The notes: a model not told the origin generated them from the letters alone. A DNA stretch of 11,364 bases from Thermotogota bacterium (GCA_051748045.1 JBNJGY010000053.1:1-11364); one strand, 5' to 3'. Shown: positions 1-7,820, counted from the stretch's first letter. Translations and numbers: made by a program.

Positions 1-488
1 TTTCTTCTCAAAGTTGCAGCGGAATATTCTTCTTTATCACTAACCATTTCAACAGGCAAAAGAACGTTATCCTCTATTTGTACAAAAGGAATATTAATTT
101 TATCCAAAATTTCTTTTCTCCAATTTATAAGATGTCTTAAATAAGCTCTATCTGTTGCCAAAAGACTTGTTTTTTTTGTTAATTTACTTATTGTTTCAAC
201 AGGATCACCTTTTAAAATGATAAATCTGATATTTTTATTCTCTAATTTTTTCTTTATTTCTTTTAAACCCTGCATCATAAAATCATAATGTCTTAGATTT
301 GCACTAGGATATTCTGTAAGCACAAAGGCAACTAAAACATTTTTGTTGTATTCATTAGCTTTTTCTATAATATAATTCAAAGCTAAATTATATTCTACTC
401 TTTGAGAAGATTGCATCCAGTATAAAAACCAACCTTCTTTTTCTACCCACTTTTTTTTATTTAATTTTTTAAGCCTCTGCTTTATCAT
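1..488 (-). CDS. phr: Deoxyribodipyrimidine (CPD) photolyase, class II-like; N-terminal part, runs off the left edge
   Basis: Absent from the ORF track. Manual translation from ATG 488 gives MIKQRLKKLNKKKWVEKEGWFLYWMQSSQRVEYNLALNY...PSANLRHYDFMMQGLKE...TDRAYLRHLINWRK...QIEDNVLLPVEMVSDKEEYSAATLRR, which shows class II photolyase motifs (YWM-x3-QR-x3-N-x-AL, RHYxFM-xx-GL, PV-x3-S-x-K-x-EYSA-x-TLR). ATGA overlap with the upstream stop. Confidence 0.9.
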   Translation of the reverse strand, partial: MIKQRLKKLNKKKWVEKEGWFLYWMQSSQRVEYNLALNYIIEKANEYNKNVLVAFVLTEYPSANLRHYDFMMQGLKEIKKKLENKNIRFIILKGDPVETISKLTKKTSLLATDRAYLRHLINWRKEILDKINIPFVQIEDNVLLPVEMVSDKEEYSAATLRR

Positions 489-1459
489 AAATTTCTTCCC
501 TTTCCAGAGTCAGAAATGGTTACTAATTCTTGAGGATATCTCTCAAAAAACACTTGTCTATCTAAATATTCGTTTTCGTATTTAATAACCCATTCTTTTG
601 CTATATATAAAGGTGTAGATAAAGGTAATTTCCCTTCTTTGTAGCTATCTAAAATATTTAGATAAAATTGTTTTTCCGTTGGTTTTAACTTATCTTTGAA
701 ATAACCCATAATGTGCATTAAAACATTTATAGCATTAGTAGGTTTAGGTATGTTTTTGAATGTGTCTTTGAATAAATCTTCATATTCTTCTATAATTTGT
801 ATTTCTGATTTACCTTGGTTATTGGCAACTAATTTTCCCATCTTTCTTAAATTTTTTTCATCATAAGAAAGTATCAAAAATTTATACCTTGAATGAAAAT
901 AAATCAAATTTTTTAGAGAATTTTTCTCTTTCATCTCTCTAAAATCAGCTAAAGCAAAAACAGTTGTCAAAAAATGATCTCTAATTGTAAAGTTAGTCAA
1001 TCTTCCTTCATCTTCAACAGGAAGATTTTTATACTCACCTTTCATATAACCACCAAAAAAACCATTGCCTTTATTTGACAAAGGAGCCCCTTTTTCAATA
1101 TCTTTATAAATCTTTACCTCATATGGGCCACATGATGGCGAACGACTTTTTAAAATAAAACCATCAATATCATCATCTATATTTTCAGATATTTTTTCTC
1201 TATAACTAACCATCTTTTGAGTCCAGTCTTTTCCTGTTTTTAATTGTTTTAATTTAATCCCATTTTCCTCTTCAACAATTCTTACAGGAATTCTAGGTAC
1301 ACCCATACCAATATCAGCCTCAGGACAAACTGTTATAAAATCTACAAAAGGTTTCATCATTTTCACTGCTTCACTTGAGATCATACCTTCATTATATCTA
1401 CACTTTTCAAATTCAATACATCTTGAAATAATAACTTTTGGTTTAGAAAATTTTCTCAT
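485..1459 (-). CDS. DUF523 (TudS-like thiouracil desulfidase domain) + DUF1722 fusion, YbgA/RudS family
   Basis: ISRC..CRYN, VCPE..GMGVPR, GFILKSRSPSCG and LPVEDEGRL in the N-terminal part; FHSRYK, NVLMHIMGYFK and YLDRQVFFERYP in the C-terminal part. GGAG RBS. Directly upstream of a photolyase, as in ybgA-phr operons. Confidence 0.9.
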   Translation of the reverse strand: MRKFSKPKVIISRCIEFEKCRYNEGMISSEAVKMMKPFVDFITVCPEADIGMGVPRIPVRIVEEENGIKLKQLKTGKDWTQKMVSYREKISENIDDDIDGFILKSRSPSCGPYEVKIYKDIEKGAPLSNKGNGFFGGYMKGEYKNLPVEDEGRLTNFTIRDHFLTTVFALADFREMKEKNSLKNLIYFHSRYKFLILSYDEKNLRKMGKLVANNQGKSEIQIIEEYEDLFKDTFKNIPKPTNAINVLMHIMGYFKDKLKPTEKQFYLNILDSYKEGKLPLSTPLYIAKEWVIKYENEYLDRQVFFERYPQELVTISDSGKGRNL

Positions 1460-1496
1460 TCTAAAAACTCCTTTTTATACCCAAATAATTATAAAC

Positions 1497-1534
1497 AAAA
1501 AGAGGCTGCCTGCATTATTAAGCAAGCTCGCCCC
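1497..1534 (-). terminator. Imperfect stem-loop plus U-tract, possible intrinsic terminator of pepF
   Basis: Minus strand reads GGGGC-GA-GCTTGC-ttaataat-GCAGGC-A-GCCTC-TTTTT (two G-U pairs), about 50 nt after the pepF stop. Confidence 0.55.
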
Positions 1535-1539
1535 TTACT

Positions 1540-1569
1540 ATTATAACATAATATTAATTTTTGTGTCAA
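1540..1569 (-). promoter_or_regulatory. Consensus sigma70-type promoter upstream of the ybgA-phr operon
   Basis: Minus strand TTGACA (1569-1564), 18 nt spacer, TATAAT (1545-1540), with an extended -10 TGn. Confidence 0.7.
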
Positions 1570-1582
1570 TTTATTAACAAAA

Positions 1583-3337
1583 TTATACCAATTTATTTAA
1601 AAATTCTCTTTCCAAGTAATCAAAACCTTTTTCCCAGAAACTTTCTTCTTTAATATTTATTCCAATTTCTTCTAGCAATTCTTCTGGAGATTTGTTACCT
1701 CCACTCATTAATAATTTCTTATATTTTGGAATAAAATCTTTTCCTTCTTCTTTATACATTTCATACAAAGCTATAACAAGTAAGTTTGCAAAATTATAAG
1801 CATATACATAGAAAGGAACACCAAATATGTGAGGGATTCCTGCCCATTCGTAATTATATTCTTCAGGGATTTCTACAGAATCTCCAAACATTATTTTCAA
1901 TTCTTTATTATATAAATCAGATAGTTCTTCCCATGTAGCCACACCTTTGTCTGCGATCATATCATGAGATTGAACTTCAAACCTTGCAAACATATTCTGT
2001 CTAAACATTGTCGCAAACATTTCCTCAGTTTTAGAAGCTATAAAAGCTTTTTTATCTTCTTCATTTAATGTTGGTAAAACTTTATCCATAACAAGCATTT
2101 CACCAAATACAGAAGCAACTTCAGCCATTGTCAACGGAGTGTGGTAATTCCATATATTTTGTTCAGAAGACAATGTTCCATGAACACCATGGCCTAATTC
2201 ATGAGCAAGAGTCATTACATCCCCCATGTTTCCATTGTAATTCATAAGAACAAAAGGTTTGTAATTTGGAACAGCGTAAGAACAGAATGCCCCGCCTCTT
2301 TTTCCTTTTCTTATCTCAGAATCAATTCTATTGTCTTCAAAGAAACCTTTTACAATATCTCCAATTTCTTTATCAAAATCATAATAAGCATCTAAAACAA
2401 TTTCTTTAGCTTGATCCCAAGTATATTCTTTCTTTACTGGGTTTAAAGGTGCATAAATATCTGCTAAAGTTAATTTCTCACCTATATATTTTTCTTTGAA
2501 TTTATAATACTTATGAACCAAAGGAGTCCTTTCTGTTGTAACTTTTATAACAGTATCAATGATATCGTCTTCAACTTCATTATCCAAATTTCTCATAGAA
2601 ATAGGTCTTTCAAAATTTCTAAGCCTACTTTCTGTATCATAATGTTTAACTATTGAATTATAAGCCTTTTCTATAATAATTTTATCTTCTTCATATCTAG
2701 AAAAGAATTTTTTCATAGCTCTCTTTCTCAGGTCTGAATCAGTATCATGTCTCAAAGCTCTAACTTGAGGGCCTGTTAAAGTTTTTACTTGACCATCAAT
2801 GTTCAATTCATATTCATAAGAAGATGTTTGCCTTTCATAAAGCTCAGCAAATGCTTCTCTTGAAGAGCTTGAAAGTGCTGAAATTACCTTTTCTGCTTCT
2901 TCAGAAAGAACATGTTCTTTTGATTCAATCAACTTTTCCATAACATGTTTATAATCATTTAGCTCTTTTGAATCTCTTAAATTTCTAAGTTTTTCTTCAG
3001 ATAATTTTAAAAGTCTTGGTCTCCAAAATGAAGTTATAATTGCTGCATTTGTTTCATAATCCTCTACCATAGACATCAATTTTTGCGCCTCTTGGTTCAT
3101 TGTATTTCTTGCGTAATTTAAATGAGCATATTGAGCAGCGAAATACCCTTGTTTTTCAACTCTTTCTGAGTCTTCAAAGAATTTTTTAAGTTTATCTGCT
3201 GATAAATTTTCATCTGCTAAAACGTCATAATAATCCTCTCTTAATAACTTACAACCCTCAACAAAACTTTCTAAATCTTTTTTTATTTGTGCATCTTTTT
3301 CAGATTCGTAAAAAAATGATAAATCCCAAGTAGCCAT
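1583..3337 (-). CDS. pepF: M3 family oligoendopeptidase (PepF-like)
   Basis: N-terminal WDLS, GKRGGAFC, zinc motif TLAHELGHGVH, AEVASVFGE and FYVYAY; 584 aa; GGGAGG RBS. Confidence 0.93.
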   Translation of the reverse strand: MATWDLSFFYESEKDAQIKKDLESFVEGCKLLREDYYDVLADENLSADKLKKFFEDSERVEKQGYFAAQYAHLNYARNTMNQEAQKLMSMVEDYETNAAIITSFWRPRLLKLSEEKLRNLRDSKELNDYKHVMEKLIESKEHVLSEEAEKVISALSSSSREAFAELYERQTSSYEYELNIDGQVKTLTGPQVRALRHDTDSDLRKRAMKKFFSRYEEDKIIIEKAYNSIVKHYDTESRLRNFERPISMRNLDNEVEDDIIDTVIKVTTERTPLVHKYYKFKEKYIGEKLTLADIYAPLNPVKKEYTWDQAKEIVLDAYYDFDKEIGDIVKGFFEDNRIDSEIRKGKRGGAFCSYAVPNYKPFVLMNYNGNMGDVMTLAHELGHGVHGTLSSEQNIWNYHTPLTMAEVASVFGEMLVMDKVLPTLNEEDKKAFIASKTEEMFATMFRQNMFARFEVQSHDMIADKGVATWEELSDLYNKELKIMFGDSVEIPEEYNYEWAGIPHIFGVPFYVYAYNFANLLVIALYEMYKEEGKDFIPKYKKLLMSGGNKSPEELLEEIGINIKEESFWEKGFDYLEREFLNKLV

Positions 3338-3377
3338 ACTTCTTCCTCCCTTTGAATAATAGTTAGTATCATAAATT

Positions 3378-3406
3378 ATTATACATCAGTTAACATTTTT
3401 TGTTAA
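3378..3406 (-). promoter_or_regulatory. Possible pepF promoter with an overlapping inverted repeat
   Basis: Minus strand TTAACA (3406-3401), 17 nt, TATAAT (3383-3378). TTAACA-n5-TGTTAA palindrome at 3390-3406. The AT-rich context lowers confidence. Confidence 0.4.
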
Positions 3407-3420
3407 ATAATATCTTATTG

Positions 3421-3472
3421 GTTGGAGTAGGAAAAAATCTTATAGCTTTTTCAGATGGAGGTTGGGAGAAAA
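3421..3472 (-). repeat. Degenerate heptamer tract (G-rich on the + strand)
   Basis: GTTGGAG at 3421 and GATGGAG-GTTGGGA-GAAAAT at 3454-3473, the reverse complement of the TTTTC-TTCCAAC-ATCCATC motif seen elsewhere. Confidence 0.55.
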
Positions 3473-3523
3473 TTTAAATAATAAACAATGATATAATATA
3501 TATAAAATGTTTTTACTAAAATA

Positions 3524-3659
3524 ATCTATAAATTTCCGTAGAAAATTGAATGGTTTTAGATTCTTCAGCTCCAAAAATCGTCGTTCAGAATTACAAATTA
3601 CTTATCTTTCTAATAATGTATTAAATATAAGGTATATTAAACATAAAAAAATGAAGAAA
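3524..3659 (-). repeat. Dispersed repeat containing a GTCA-type stem-loop (3558-3594); inverted copy of about 8947-9082
   Basis: 3558-3594 reverse complement GTAATTCTGAACGACGATTTTTGGAGCTGAAGAATCT matches 9005-9041 at 35/37. The flanks (aatttccGTAgaaaattgaa; ttacttatcttt.taat.atgtattaaatat) also match. Confidence 0.9.
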
Positions 3660-3723
3660 TATAAAAAAGAAAAGTATAGTGTTTTCTGAGTGAAACATCT
3701 TTTAAATCGAAAACTAATGCGTG

Positions 3724-3776
3724 TGTCATGTCGAGCATCGTCGAGACATCTCTTCAGTAAATTTTCGTAGAAAATT
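3724..3776 (+). repeat. TGTCA-type REP-like element E1
   Basis: TGTC-ATGTC-GA-gcatcgtc-GA-GACAT-CT-cttcagta-AATTTTC-GTA-GAAAATT; 49/53 identical to the reverse complement of 9054-9106. Confidence 0.9.
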
Positions 3777-3793
3777 GAAAGGTTTTTTAAAGG

Positions 3794-3860
3794 CTTAATT
3801 TCACTTTGTGAAATTTACTGATGGGTTTTCTCCATGCGCTGTCGCTTAGTCGAAATGACA
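3794..3860 (-). repeat. TGTCA-type REP-like element E2, forming an inverted doublet with E1
   Basis: Reverse complement TGTC-ATTTC-GA-ctaagcgacagcgcatg-GA-GAAAA-cccatcagta-AATTTCAC-AAA-GTGAAATT-aag; clear homologue of 8855-8926. Confidence 0.9.
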
Positions 3861-3890
3861 GTTGTAATAATTTTCAACACTTGTTTTTTC

Positions 3891-3945
3891 TTTCAACCTC
3901 CCTCATCCATCATCCAACAAAATAAATTTCTATGAAATTTATTTT
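3891..3945 (+). repeat. Heptamer tract x4 plus AT-rich hairpin
   Basis: TTTCAAC CTCCCTC ATCCATC ATCCAAC, then AAAATAAATTTC-tat-GAAATTTATTTT. Confidence 0.85.
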
Positions 3946-3964
3946 ATAAAAAAGGAGAATAAAA

Positions 3965-4432
3965 ATGGGATATATTTTTGATTTACGCAAACACATTGGA
4001 AGCAAACCAATAATAATGGTTGGAGCAGGCGTAGTAATACTCGACGATAAAAACAGAATTCTTCTTCAGAGAAGAAAAGACAATAATTCCTGGAGCCTTA
4101 TAGGCGGTTCCATGGAACCTGGTGAAACATTTGAAGAAACTGCTATAAGAGAAGCAAAAGAAGAAGCTGGAATAGATATTAATAGTTTAAAACCAATAAA
4201 AGTTTTTTCAGGAAAAGAAATGCATCATAAATATCCAAATGGGGATGAAGTATACAACGTTGCAAGTATCTTTTTAGTCACTTCATATACAGGTGAAATA
4301 ATAGTTAATGATCATGAAAGTCATGAACATAAATTTTTTGATATTAAAGAAATACCTTCAAAATTAAATCCACCAGATGCTATAATGATTAAATATATAA
4401 AAGAAAACCTTAACGCAATAAAAGAGGGATAA
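3965..4432 (+). CDS. NUDIX hydrolase
   Basis: Nudix box GGSMEPGETFEETAIREAKEEAGI (GX5EX7REUXEEXGU). YIFDLRKHIG and YPNGDEV are typical of a common MutT-like subfamily. AAGGAG RBS. Confidence 0.93.
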   Translation: MGYIFDLRKHIGSKPIIMVGAGVVILDDKNRILLQRRKDNNSWSLIGGSMEPGETFEETAIREAKEEAGIDINSLKPIKVFSGKEMHHKYPNGDEVYNVASIFLVTSYTGEIIVNDHESHEHKFFDIKEIPSKLNPPDAIMIKYIKENLNAIKEG

Positions 4433-4444
4433 TTATCCCTCTTT
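4421..4444. terminator. 24-bp perfect palindrome over both stop codons; probable bidirectional terminator
   Basis: AAAGAGGGATAA|TTATCCCTCTTT, followed by T-rich sequence on both strands. Confidence 0.7.
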
Positions 4445-5215
4445 ATTTTCAAAAAAATTTCTTAAAGCCAAACTAATTTTTTCTAAAAGAATATAAACGT
4501 CTCTTTTTTCATTCAATTTTTTCAAAGTCTGCCAGTAAATAAATAACCCCAGCACTGCTCCAATTTGATTCTCTATCAAATCACTCATAGTATCAGTAAG
4601 GCTCTCTTCTTGAGCCATTCTATACCCTTCATAATCTCCAAAAATAAGATCAGATGTAAACTCTCCTATTTCCCAAAAAACGCCTATCATAGCAACAATA
4701 GAAAACATATATATATATATTTTAAATAATAAAGTCTTTGAAATTGTTCTTGACCAAATTAATTCTGACCCTAAAACAAGTGGAAACAAAAAACTAACAA
4801 GCCACATTCCTCCAGTTATATGCAATATGTCATCGAATAAGGGATAACTGTTATAAAAACCTAGCCACATTCCAAAAAAACTATGTAGGGTTATTTGAAG
4901 TATAGAAAAAAACCTTATTTCTTCAAAAATTGTTGATTTAGTAACCCATTCAAAAACCCATATAAAATCAATCAACAAAAATGACAATAAATATCCTAAA
5001 AAATGAGGCAGATTAAAATTAATCGCTGAATGAATAACTGGTATCAATGCCACAAAAGAAAAAAACATATTAGCCCAACGAAAAAAAACAAAAAACTTAG
5101 TGTTGCTAGAAAAAAGGGTTTCTTTAACCTCTGTATCATTAATCAAAAAAAGATTTAATTTTATAATTGGTTTTCTTAATCTCTTTGCTATTTTTTTTAA
5201 TAAAATTGGTTGCAT
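4433..5215 (-). CDS. Polytopic membrane protein, hypothetical (DUF2238/YjdF-like motif pattern)
   Basis: Several hydrophobic segments with embedded polar motifs FDDILHITGG, WEIGEF and DTMSDLIEN. AAGGAG RBS. The family assignment is tentative. Confidence 0.7.
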   Translation of the reverse strand: MQPILLKKIAKRLRKPIIKLNLFLINDTEVKETLFSSNTKFFVFFRWANMFFSFVALIPVIHSAINFNLPHFLGYLLSFLLIDFIWVFEWVTKSTIFEEIRFFSILQITLHSFFGMWLGFYNSYPLFDDILHITGGMWLVSFLFPLVLGSELIWSRTISKTLLFKIYIYMFSIVAMIGVFWEIGEFTSDLIFGDYEGYRMAQEESLTDTMSDLIENQIGAVLGLFIYWQTLKKLNEKRDVYILLEKISLALRNFFENKEG

Positions 5216-5233
5216 TATTTACTCCTTTGTTAT

Positions 5234-5288
5234 AAAATAAATTTCTTTGTAATTTATTTTGTTGTTAGTTGGAGGATGGAGGTTGTTG
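5234..5288 (-). repeat. Heptamer tract x4 plus AT-rich hairpin (inverted copy of 3891-3945)
   Basis: Reverse complement CAACAAC CTCCATC CTCCAAC TAACAAC, then AAAATAAATTAC-aaa-GAAATTTATTTT. Confidence 0.85.
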
Positions 5289-5326
5289 GTTTTTATCTAT
5301 TTTAGTAGCTTAATAATGCTTTTTTT

Positions 5327-5375
5327 TTCCAACTTCCAACCATAAACCTTCAACAGAAATCATTTTATGATTTCT
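5327..5375 (+). repeat. Heptamer tract x4 plus hairpin
   Basis: TTCCAAC TTCCAAC CATAAAC CTTCAAC, then AGAAATCAT-ttt-ATGATTTCT; closely matches 9137-9185. Confidence 0.85.
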
Positions 5376-5498
5376 ACTTCACGACCTACTTTGAATTTTT
5401 ATATTTCAGAATTGAAATTGTTATTTTGTCTTTTTCTCTTTCAGCAAAAATAATAAATAAAAATAACGAACTATTGAGAATTATAATACAAAATTTAT

Positions 5499-5524
5499 GT
5501 AGGGGTGCCCCTTGTGGGTACCCG
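5499..5524 (+). repeat. GTAG-type REP (single copy)
   Basis: GTAG-GGGTGCCC-cttgt-GGGTACCC-G: a GTAG tetranucleotide followed by a GC-rich imperfect palindrome, the architecture of RAYT/TnpA-REP-associated REPs. Confidence 0.7.
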
Positions 5525-5668
5525 TGTAAAATGCGTTAAAAAAATTGTATGTCTGAGCTGATTTTTGCGAGTTTGCAATTTTTAGTATTTCCAAGTGATT
5601 GAAGATATTATTTTTTCAATAATTTGATCTAGTGAAGAGCGCTATTTATTATTTTTCAATATTTTATA

Positions 5669-5730
5669 AATTTTCTTCGAAAATTAACTGATGAGACCCT
5701 TACGACTCACTTCGTTCGCTCAGGGTGACA
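5669..5730 (-). repeat. TGTCA-type REP-like element E3
   Basis: Reverse complement TGTC-ACCCT-GA-gcgaacgaagtgagtcg-TA-AGGGT-CT-catcagtt-AATTTTC-GAA-GAAAATT. Confidence 0.85.
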
Positions 5731-5759
5731 CCTACAAAGATTTTCAACAATGTATTTTC

Positions 5760-5799
5760 TTCCAACATCCATCCTCCAACAAAAATTATGTAATAATTT
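5760..5799 (+). repeat. Heptamer tract x3 plus hairpin
   Basis: TTCCAAC ATCCATC CTCCAAC aa, then AAATTAT-gta-ATAATTT; ends 6 nt from the MFS stop. Confidence 0.8.
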
Positions 5800-5805
5800 C
5801 TACAC

Positions 5806-7074
5806 TCATTCCTGTTCTTGTCTTTCTCCTCTTTTTACAAATTGGAGAGTCACAAAGGCTAAAATAAAAAATAAAAACGAGAAAATCATCAATGTGTTGT
5901 AATCTAATATGTCCATAGATAATCCCGCTAATGGTGGTGCAAAAATATTAGCTGCCATAGAGAAAAAATAGTATAATCCAGTATATCCACCAGATTTTTC
6001 ATTTGTTGTCATATCTACTACCATTGGAAGTGCGTTAACATTTATCAATGCCCAACCCATACCACCAAAAGCAAATAAAACAAATAAAATATTTCTAAAT
6101 ATATCTGGAGTATTTAAAATATCAGAATTACCTAATATGTAAGTAACTATAATTACAGTAGATAGCATTACTAACCCTATATAAATTGTTTTTTTTCTCC
6201 CAATTTTTGCACCAATAAACCCTGAGGGAATCGCAAAAACCATAAAAACTAAAGAGAAAACTCCCATAATTAAAGCTCCTGTACTTTCTGGTATTCCAGC
6301 ATGAAATTTTGCATATGTGGTGAAAAATGTTTCTATAGCATTGAACCCAATAAACCAAAATAATATGGATAAAAGCATAAACAAAAGCGATTTTTCTTTA
6401 TTTGTGAAAGCATCTTTCAAATTACCCATTAACTCTACTAACCCATTTTTGAAAAATCCTGCTTTTTTCTCTATAGTAGTTTCTTTTATTGTATATTTAG
6501 GATCTTCTTTTATAAAAGTCAAAAGAACCATAACAGCACCAAGCATTATTATAGCGCCAGCAATGAAAGGAAAACTTTGATTGGCATCATATAACGGTTT
6601 CCCTGCAAAAAACGCCAGCAAGGCTCCGAGACCACCCATAAAATTAATAACACCATTAGCTTGGCTTCTAAATTTAGACGGAGTAACGTCTGGCATTAAA
6701 GCGACAACTGGGGATCTAAAAACAGCCATAAAAAAATTCATAAGAATTATTATAAACATCAATAACGGTAGTATCGAAAGATCTTTTATGATAGGTATCA
6801 AAACAAAAAATAAAGCTGCAAATGGTGCGCCAACCATTATATATGGTTTTCTTCTACCAAATTTTGTTCTTGTTTGATCTGACATCGCTCCTATTACTGG
6901 TAACATCAATATTGCGAATATATTATCAAAAGTCATTACAGTTCCAACCCAAAAAGAAGAAAGATCAAAAGATTTCAAAAAAATAGGAACATACGCATTA
7001 TAAAGAGGCCAAATTATACTAACCCCAAAAAACCCAAACCCCAAAACAAAAAGTTTCCAACTTTTAAATTTCAT
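5806..7074 (-). CDS. MFS transporter (SLC45/maltose-permease-like sugar:cation symporter)
   Basis: About 12 TM segments; GAMSDQTRTKFGRRKPYI motif A, FRSPVVALMPD, RSQANGVINFMGGLG and GGYTGLYYFFS. Confidence 0.9.
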   Translation of the reverse strand: MKFKSWKLFVLGFGFFGVSIIWPLYNAYVPIFLKSFDLSSFWVGTVMTFDNIFAILMLPVIGAMSDQTRTKFGRRKPYIMVGAPFAALFFVLIPIIKDLSILPLLMFIIILMNFFMAVFRSPVVALMPDVTPSKFRSQANGVINFMGGLGALLAFFAGKPLYDANQSFPFIAGAIIMLGAVMVLLTFIKEDPKYTIKETTIEKKAGFFKNGLVELMGNLKDAFTNKEKSLLFMLLSILFWFIGFNAIETFFTTYAKFHAGIPESTGALIMGVFSLVFMVFAIPSGFIGAKIGRKKTIYIGLVMLSTVIIVTYILGNSDILNTPDIFRNILFVLFAFGGMGWALINVNALPMVVDMTTNEKSGGYTGLYYFFSMAANIFAPPLAGLSMDILDYNTLMIFSFLFFILAFVTLQFVKRGERQEQE

Positions 7075-7084
7075 TATTTTCCCC

Positions 7085-7777
7085 CTATCTTAAAAAATTA
7101 ACTATTTCTTCTACCTCATCTGTTATAACTCCATCATAGTGTCCCTTTAACATTTTCAAATGTTCTATATTATTAACAGTCCATAAGAATATTTTGAGCC
7201 CATGAGATTTCCAGCTACCTATAAACTTTGAAGAATAATCGACTCCAAATTCAACAATTTTATCAATATATAGGTTCAAAGAATATAAATTTAAGTCTTC
7301 ATGGATTTTGTCAATATTTTTTAAAGATTCATAATCAACTAAAAGTCCTATTTTAACTTCTTTATCCAAATCTCTAATTATCTTAATTGCTTCAACATCA
7401 AAAGATGAAAACAAAGTATTTTCCAACAAACCAAAATTTTTAATAATTTCATAAGAGCCTACAGAAGATTGTTTTTCTTTTATTTCTAAATTATAATAAG
7501 TATCTTTTGGTAATTCTTCCAGAACTTCTTGTAACCGTGGAATAGATGGTTGTTTTTTTCTTAATTCTTCAAAATTCAAATTAATAATCTTAATTTCTTT
7601 TCCATCTTTATCCTTAAAAAAGTCATCGTGATGTATGATGACCACTCCATCTTTTGTAAGTCTTGCATCAAATTCAATGCCATCTGCACCATTTTCAAGA
7701 GCTTTCACAAAAGACAAAATTGTGTTTTCGGGAAATTTTGCTTTATAACCCCTATGTCCTAAAATCTTCACATCCAT
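7085..7777 (-). CDS. Glycerophosphodiester phosphodiesterase (GDPD/UgpQ family)
   Basis: GHRG, PENT, GADGIEFDARLTKDG..IHHD, NLEIK, SSFD, WTVN and GVITD motifs. Confidence 0.93.
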   Translation of the reverse strand: MDVKILGHRGYKAKFPENTILSFVKALENGADGIEFDARLTKDGVVIIHHDDFFKDKDGKEIKIINLNFEELRKKQPSIPRLQEVLEELPKDTYYNLEIKEKQSSVGSYEIIKNFGLLENTLFSSFDVEAIKIIRDLDKEVKIGLLVDYESLKNIDKIHEDLNLYSLNLYIDKIVEFGVDYSSKFIGSWKSHGLKIFLWTVNNIEHLKMLKGHYDGVITDEVEEIVNFLR

Positions 7778-7820
7778 TTTTAATCCCCCTTTTAATTTTC
7801 TTAATTATTAAAATTATATC

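Noticed and set aside
2201-2395. 64-aa + strand ORF
   Set aside because: Antisense shadow inside pepF with no recognisable motif.
3912-5340. Integron attC sites (ATCCAAC fits RYYYAAC)
   Set aside because: No RYYYAAC...GTTRRRY pair enclosing a long imperfect palindrome at attC length. The close pair at 5261-5340 is in the opposite order, the genes are convergent and there is no integrase.
5525-5665. Possible pseudogene fragment or direct repeat TATTATTTTT(T)CAATA
   Set aside because: No recognisable reading frame, and the repeat is low-complexity AT sequence.
6128-6877. ORFs 6128-6358, 6317-6580 and 6581-6877
   Set aside because: Alternative-frame or antisense shadows inside the MFS gene, with no RBS or motif recognised.
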